Shown here: one piece after another, positions 23,927 to 27,751 of the stretch
How the letters are laid out: every line of letters starts with the position of its first letter
Numbering within the stretch: position 1 is the first letter of the stretch
Virus record (IMG/VR): IMGVR_UViG_3300031963_000747
Coordinates: 1-27,751 of that record
Source of the DNA: a virus
Lineage: Duplodnaviria; Caudoviricetes
Length of the DNA: 27,751 bases
Strand: one strand, 5' to 3'
Program-made: the position numbers and the translations under genes
The notes under the pieces: generated by a model
Databases searched by the model: none
What the model saw: only the letters and a program-made list of their open reading frames with translations
Told to the model about the DNA's origin: nothing

Positions 23927-24385
23927 CTATAAAAATTTGATCTTGGATGACTTGCTTCGGATCATGTCCGTCACCCGCTTGAGATGCTTTTCGTAGACGC
24001 TGCGGGCCACCGAGGTGCGCTGCAATTCGTGCCACTCAATGATGTCTTGAAAGCTTTGAAGGCCAAGCGCCGTCGAGCCCATCTTGCCAAGCCTCTTGAA
24101 CCTGTCCTGCGCATCCAGCAAGTGCATCTCAGCGATCTTGCAAGGCACCATCACTTCAGGTCCAATGTTTGCACCCGCCATACTTTCAGCCAGACAAACC
24201 ACCGCATTGATGTTGTTCCAATCTTGCTTTGTGGCGGAGCCGTTCCTGAATGCGGCCATGCTGTCGTTCTCTTTTTTGCGCAAGATGTTTAGGCTTTCGT
24301 CGTCCACTATGGACGCCCCCACCATGGCGTGCATGATTGGATTGATGCTCGTATCCCATATTTTTCTTCGTGTTTGTTTGCGCAT
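23927..24385 (-). CDS. Hypothetical helical protein (152 aa), probably leaderless
   Basis: Start reassigned to ATG 24385, 6 nt after a TATGAT -10 box. Confidence 0.75.
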   Translation of the reverse strand: MRKQTRRKIWDTSINPIMHAMVGASIVDDESLNILRKKENDSMAAFRNGSATKQDWNNINAVVCLAESMAGANIGPEVMVPCKIAEMHLLDAQDRFKRLGKMGSTALGLQSFQDIIEWHELQRTSVARSVYEKHLKRVTDMIRSKSSKIKFL

Positions 24386-24391
24386 GACTCG

Positions 24392-24420
24392 ATCATACAC
24401 ACTTGTGCAGTTCTTTGCAA
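24392..24420 (-). promoter_or_regulatory. Leftward sigma70-like promoter (leaderless)
   Basis: TTGCAA-17 nt-TATGAT-6 nt-ATG. Confidence 0.7.
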
Positions 24421-24427
24421 TAACCTG

Positions 24428-24456
24428 TTGCAAAATTTATTTATCTGCACTAAACT
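24428..24456 (+). promoter_or_regulatory. Rightward sigma70-like promoter
   Basis: TTGCAA-17 nt-TAAACT, followed by a 5' UTR hairpin (CGGCAA...TTGCCG, 24464-24489) and an AGGAG SD. Confidence 0.65.
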
Positions 24457-24505
24457 ACAGTCACGGCAACCAAAGCGTGGAGATTGCCGCAACACAGGAG
24501 AACAC

Positions 24506-24607
24506 ATGGAAACCATGAACGAATGCAAGCACAGGTGGGAGCCCGTTGAGGGCCAACCTTTGTACCACTGCGCCCGGTGCGGGGCGTTTAGGAGGATCAT
24601 CAAATGA
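24506..24607 (+). CDS. Zn-finger-like microprotein (33 aa), CKHRW...CARC
   Basis: AGGAG SD; paralog at 26737. Confidence 0.75.
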   Translation: METMNECKHRWEPVEGQPLYHCARCGAFRRIIK

Positions 24608-24762
24608 ATTTAAATCAAGGCGCGTTGGCCCAAGGGCTGGTGGATGAACTTCTGGAAGTTGTTCACAAGTATGACGAGTCGCTTTACATGTCCACCGTGA
24701 TTGGTGTACTTGAGATCGTCAAGCAGCATCTAATTAACGAATCACTGGAGGACGCAGAATGA
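24604..24762 (+). CDS. Small helical protein (52 aa)
   Basis: Manually translated MNLNQGALAQGLVDELLEVVHKYDESLYMSTVIGVLEIVKQHLINESLEDAE; GGAGG SD and ATGA overlaps. Confidence 0.75.
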   Translation: MNLNQGALAQGLVDELLEVVHKYDESLYMSTVIGVLEIVKQHLINESLEDAE

Positions 24763-24866
24763 CCGAAGAAGACAAACCTGAGCCCGCTGACGACCAGCTC
24801 CTTTGGATCGTTGTGGCGTTTATTGCATTCATGTTGACACTGATGACGCTGAGGAGTTGTTTATGA
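24759..24866 (+). CDS. Single-TM microprotein (35 aa)
   Basis: Manually translated MTEEDKPEPADDQLLWIVVAFIAFMLTLMTLRSCL; GGAGG SD. Confidence 0.7.
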   Translation: MTEEDKPEPADDQLLWIVVAFIAFMLTLMTLRSCL

Positions 24867-25102
24867 GAGACGTTGTTGAAATGGCGCGGGAGGCTGGGGC
24901 AGTATTCCCTGCTGACGGGAGCTATCACAATTTTGAGTTTGAAGGCAGTCTTGAACGCTTTGCCGAACTCGTCCGTGCTGACGAGAGGGAGGCGTGTGCA
25001 AAGGTGTGTGATGAACGCGCTCAAAAAGTTGGCTTATCTAACCATCGCAGATGTGATGCTGATCTACTTGCAAGCACCATCCGAGCAAGGGGACAAGCAT
25101 GA
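24863..25102 (+). CDS. MAREAG / LERFAEL / EREACA / IRARG modular small protein (79 aa)
   Basis: Start at ATG 24863 after GAGGAG; paralog at 26552. Confidence 0.8.
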   Translation: MRDVVEMAREAGAVFPADGSYHNFEFEGSLERFAELVRADEREACAKVCDERAQKVGLSNHRRCDADLLASTIRARGQA

Positions 25103-25395
25103 CTAGCAGAACTCACACGCCAGAAGACGTACAGAAAATCATGGAACCTTGGCGGGATTCCGCATCAGACTACGAGCGCGGGTTTATTGATGGGATGCAA
25201 AAGCAAATGCAGTCTAGCGTGGACAAAGCGGTCAACGCCATGACACAGCCAACTTATTACATTCCAAACAAAGATGAGCGCACATGGGTGTCGCTGACAA
25301 ATGAGGAGATCGACGATATTTATCAAGGCGTTGGGAAGAACGATTTGATGCTTGTCCGTGAAGTCGAAGCCAAACTGCGGGAGAAGAACACATGA
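25099..25395 (+). CDS. Small protein ending in WVxLTxEE...EAKLREKNT module
   Basis: ATGA overlaps; C-terminal module shared with the next two genes. Confidence 0.8.
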   Translation: MTSRTHTPEDVQKIMEPWRDSASDYERGFIDGMQKQMQSSVDKAVNAMTQPTYYIPNKDERTWVSLTNEEIDDIYQGVGKNDLMLVREVEAKLREKNT

Positions 25396-25637
25396 CATGG
25401 GTATTCTTAACCGACAAGAAGCGCAACGAAATATCGCGCAAGTCAGGGCCGTATGTTGCGGATAGCTTTGCGCCGCACGAAGCAGAGGTGAGAAGACTAA
25501 ACCCGCGTGACAACTGGGTGGGGCTAACAGACGAAGAGCGTAACCCAATCAGGTCTAAATTTGTTGGGAAGCTTCACTATGTGGCAGACGTGCTTGCCGA
25601 ATTTGAAGCCAAACTCAAGGAGAAGAACAATGGATGA
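25392..25637 (+). CDS. Small protein made of two tandem WVxLTD modules
   Basis: WVFLTDKKRN..YVAD..EA followed by WVGLTDEERN..YVAD..EAKLKEKN. Confidence 0.8.
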   Translation: MTWVFLTDKKRNEISRKSGPYVADSFAPHEAEVRRLNPRDNWVGLTDEERNPIRSKFVGKLHYVADVLAEFEAKLKEKNNG

Positions 25638-25848
25638 CTGCCCAAAATGTGAGTACAACAAGAGCCGCGCCGCGCGGTGGCGGGCCGAAGCCTACAGGCA
25701 AGCAGGGCATGACGTAATTGAACTGCCTTGGGTTGGACTGACTGACGAAGAGATTGAACAGGGCTGCAAAGAGTCATGGGTGACTGAGCAAGCGTGGCAG
25801 TCTGCTGTCTGGTGGGCTGAGGCTAAGTTGAAGGAGAAGAACACATGA
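25630..25848 (+). CDS. Small protein with CPKC N-terminus plus WVGLTDEE...EAKLKEKNT module
   Basis: Start at ATG 25630 after AAGGAG. Confidence 0.8.
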   Translation: MDDCPKCEYNKSRAARWRAEAYRQAGHDVIELPWVGLTDEEIEQGCKESWVTEQAWQSAVWWAEAKLKEKNT

Positions 25849-26555
25849 CCACTCAACTTGTTCGTGACTCTATGAAGCTGATGGCTGATGCTGGCGTGGA
25901 CATTGTGGACATCAAATGGTTTGACCTGTCTGGTGCGTTCACGGACAAGCAACGGGCAGACCTTGACCCGGTGATGACGCACCGACCACCTTTTGACAAA
26001 TGCTTTGTTGTTTGGCAAGGAAAGACAAGCCATCACCCGAGCTACACCGTCTTGATGATGGTGGCTGGAGATGATCCAGATGAAGGCATCACGGTGTCAA
26101 TGTGGAAGGGGCCAACCGGGACTCGACTGATGCCGATCCCTGCCATGTTTTACTTCATTGAGGATGACAACATTCGATACGGGTCTGTCAGCGATGACGA
26201 GCCAGTGGACAAGGAGCTTGCAGAACTCATGTTGGCTCAAATTGGCGCTTGGTACGGTGCGATGGACAGGCGTATTGAGGCGCACATTCCCACAGTGCGT
26301 GACACATTTACCAACCGCCGGAAGATACAGCAAGGCAAGCTGCCAACCTACGACTGGACAACGGTGTGGATTGAGCCATCTAAGCCCCGCCAAGAGTCCA
26401 AAGGGGGCACACACGCATCACCCCGCCTGCATGAGCGCAGAGGCCACCTGAGAAGGCTAAAGACTGGGAAGAATGTCTGGGTTAAGTCCTGCAAGGTTGG
26501 TGACGCAAGCAAGGGGGCGATATTTCACGACTATGCAATCAAGGAGAACACATGA
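25845..26555 (+). CDS. Hypothetical protein (236 aa) with C-terminal HASPRLHERRGHLRR basic motif
   Basis: ATGA overlaps at both ends; ends in KENT junction. Confidence 0.85.
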   Translation: MTTQLVRDSMKLMADAGVDIVDIKWFDLSGAFTDKQRADLDPVMTHRPPFDKCFVVWQGKTSHHPSYTVLMMVAGDDPDEGITVSMWKGPTGTRLMPIPAMFYFIEDDNIRYGSVSDDEPVDKELAELMLAQIGAWYGAMDRRIEAHIPTVRDTFTNRRKIQQGKLPTYDWTTVWIEPSKPRQESKGGTHASPRLHERRGHLRRLKTGKNVWVKSCKVGDASKGAIFHDYAIKENT

Positions 26556-26740
26556 AGACCGTAATTGAAATGGCGCGGGAGGCTGGCATACGAGACTGCA
26601 CCTGCAACGGAACGCTTGGATGCCTTGAACGCTTTGCCGAGCTTATCCGTGATGATGAGAACGAAGCGTGCGCTGAGATCGCCCACGAGGCAGAGCCTTG
26701 GTGTTCCGCAGACCTGATCCGAGCAAGGAGAAACAAATGA
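26552..26740 (+). CDS. MAREAG-family paralog (62 aa)
   Basis: Shares three DNA anchors with 24863..25102. Confidence 0.8.
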   Translation: MKTVIEMAREAGIRDCTCNGTLGCLERFAELIRDDENEACAEIAHEAEPWCSADLIRARRNK

Positions 26741-26826
26741 CCTGTAAACACCGCTGGATACCAGTTGAGGGCAAACCAATTTACAAATGTGCCAGATGTA
26801 GCACTTTTATGGTGACATTCAAATGA
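26737..26826 (+). CDS. Zn-finger-like microprotein (29 aa), paralog of 24506..24607
   Basis: Manually translated MTCKHRWIPVEGKPIYKCARCSTFMVTFK; AAGGAG SD. Confidence 0.75.
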   Translation: MTCKHRWIPVEGKPIYKCARCSTFMVTFK

Positions 26827-27038
26827 AATGCAAATGCAACGCTAATTCCCCGTTTCTTTGGAAACAAAACCCGCAACCAAGCGAATTTGTCAAAGACATT
26901 TATTTCAGGCCAAAAAAGGTACAAGTGTATGAAAACCTAACTAAAGAGGAAAACGTGCTTGCTTATAAGCAGTTCAGCATTCATAGCCGAGCGCACCCAA
27001 AGACAAAGCCGCAATTAAACAAGCATGAGATTTCCTAA
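26823..27038 (+). CDS. Small hypothetical protein (71 aa)
   Basis: ATGA overlap; fits operon tiling. Confidence 0.65.
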   Translation: MKCKCNANSPFLWKQNPQPSEFVKDIYFRPKKVQVYENLTKEENVLAYKQFSIHSRAHPKTKPQLNKHEIS

Positions 27039-27348
27039 ACACGACTACGTTAGAAGCCCAACACTGTTACGCAACGCTAGGCAAATACCATGCCAAAATT
27101 GTGGGGCAGATGATGGGACGGTTGTGGCGGCACACACTAATTGGGGTGGTGGCAAGGGTAGAGGCATTAAAGCAAGCGACAATTTAATTGCCTCGCTTTG
27201 CTACGCTTGCCATGCTGAACTGGATCAAGGCAAGAATTTAAGTAAAGAAGAACGACAAGAAATGTGGCGCAAAAGCCATATTAAAACCGTAGACAAACTG
27301 GTAAGATTAGGCTTATGGCCTGACAATGTGCCTAAAGGACAGTTATGA
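27025..27348 (+). CDS. DUF1364/YbcO-like His-Me finger nuclease-like protein
   Basis: PCQNCG...VVAAHTN..GKGRGIKASD...LCYACHAELD. Confidence 0.75.
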   Translation: MRFPKHDYVRSPTLLRNARQIPCQNCGADDGTVVAAHTNWGGGKGRGIKASDNLIASLCYACHAELDQGKNLSKEERQEMWRKSHIKTVDKLVRLGLWPDNVPKGQL

Positions 27349-27731
27349 AATTCAGCGTTGAAAAGCAATCTGACCCTGTAATGCAATTCACTATGTGCTT
27401 GCTGCACAGCGTCACAAACGCGCACATTTTGCATTTGACAACCAAAAGCTACGCCGAACATAAGGCGCTAGAGGACTACTACACAGAGGTAGGCGACCTT
27501 GTAGATGGGTTTATTGAAGCATTTCAAGGTAAGTACGGTTTGCTGCACGACTTTACTGCTGATTACGCATTGCCGGGACAACCTGTTAAATACTTAACCT
27601 ACCTTAAAGATGAGGTAGCTACATTGCGTAGATCAGAGAAATTCCCACAAGACAGCGAACTACAAAACACTGTGGATGAGATTGCTCAACTGATTGATTC
27701 AACACTTTACAAACTACGGTTCTTAAAATGA
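27345..27731 (+). CDS. Ferritin/Dps-like four-helix protein
   Basis: HILHL..KSYAEHKALEDYY....DLVDGFIEAFQGKYG...QNTVDEI..LI..TLYKL pattern of phage ferritin-like (DUF5856-type) proteins. Confidence 0.75.
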   Translation: MKFSVEKQSDPVMQFTMCLLHSVTNAHILHLTTKSYAEHKALEDYYTEVGDLVDGFIEAFQGKYGLLHDFTADYALPGQPVKYLTYLKDEVATLRRSEKFPQDSELQNTVDEIAQLIDSTLYKLRFLK

Positions 27732-27751
27732 AGCTGAAAATACAATACAAG
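27728..27751 (+). CDS. Start of next gene (MKLKIQYK...), partial
   Basis: ATGA overlap with the ferritin-like stop; only 8 codons visible. Confidence 0.45.

Noticed and set aside
24863-26740. Diversity-generating retroelement TR/VR pair
   Set aside because: Differences are indels and non-alignable segments rather than adenine-specific substitutions, and there is no reverse transcriptase in the window.
1-27751. tRNA, rRNA, integrase or att sites
   Set aside because: None recognised by eye. Intergenic gaps are mostly too short, but a tRNAscan/Infernal run would be needed to exclude them formally.

Overview
This is a 27.8 kb segment of a dsDNA tailed phage (Caudoviricetes), of the type common in freshwater viromes. 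The host cannot be determined from the sequence; a betaproteobacterial host is only a guess. There are four transcriptional blocks. (1) A minus-strand morphogenesis block (14734 to <1) encodes TerS, a LexA-like HTH protein, TerL, portal, a GroES-like co-chaperonin, scaffold, a Mu-gpT-like major capsid protein, Thr-rich virion proteins, a GT-A glycosyltransferase, small basic proteins sharing a [FYML]-x-x-GG motif, a head-tail adaptor and two free-standing HNH endonucleases. (2) A plus-strand block of tiny, T-poor, early-type genes (15034-19326) has stereotyped intergenic motifs and hairpins. (3) A minus-strand replication block (24385-19327) encodes a ParB-like protein, an SF2 helicase, an HNH endonuclease, a TOPRIM primase and an HTH protein. 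(4) A plus-strand array of short, mutually paralogous modular ORFs (24506-26826) is followed by DUF1364-like and ferritin-like genes. The most notable signals are: two HNH genes flanked by diverged duplications of a neighbouring gene's terminus, which looks like splicing-free, self-repairing insertion; a microprotein cassette array built from conserved DNA anchors around variable segments; a double-pseudoknot RNA downstream of the capsid gene (Mu-gpT-DE-like) with a promoter embedded in the capsid terminator; and a recurrent leaderless TTGCAR-17-TAYNAT promoter design. All family assignments come from motif recognition, not database searches.
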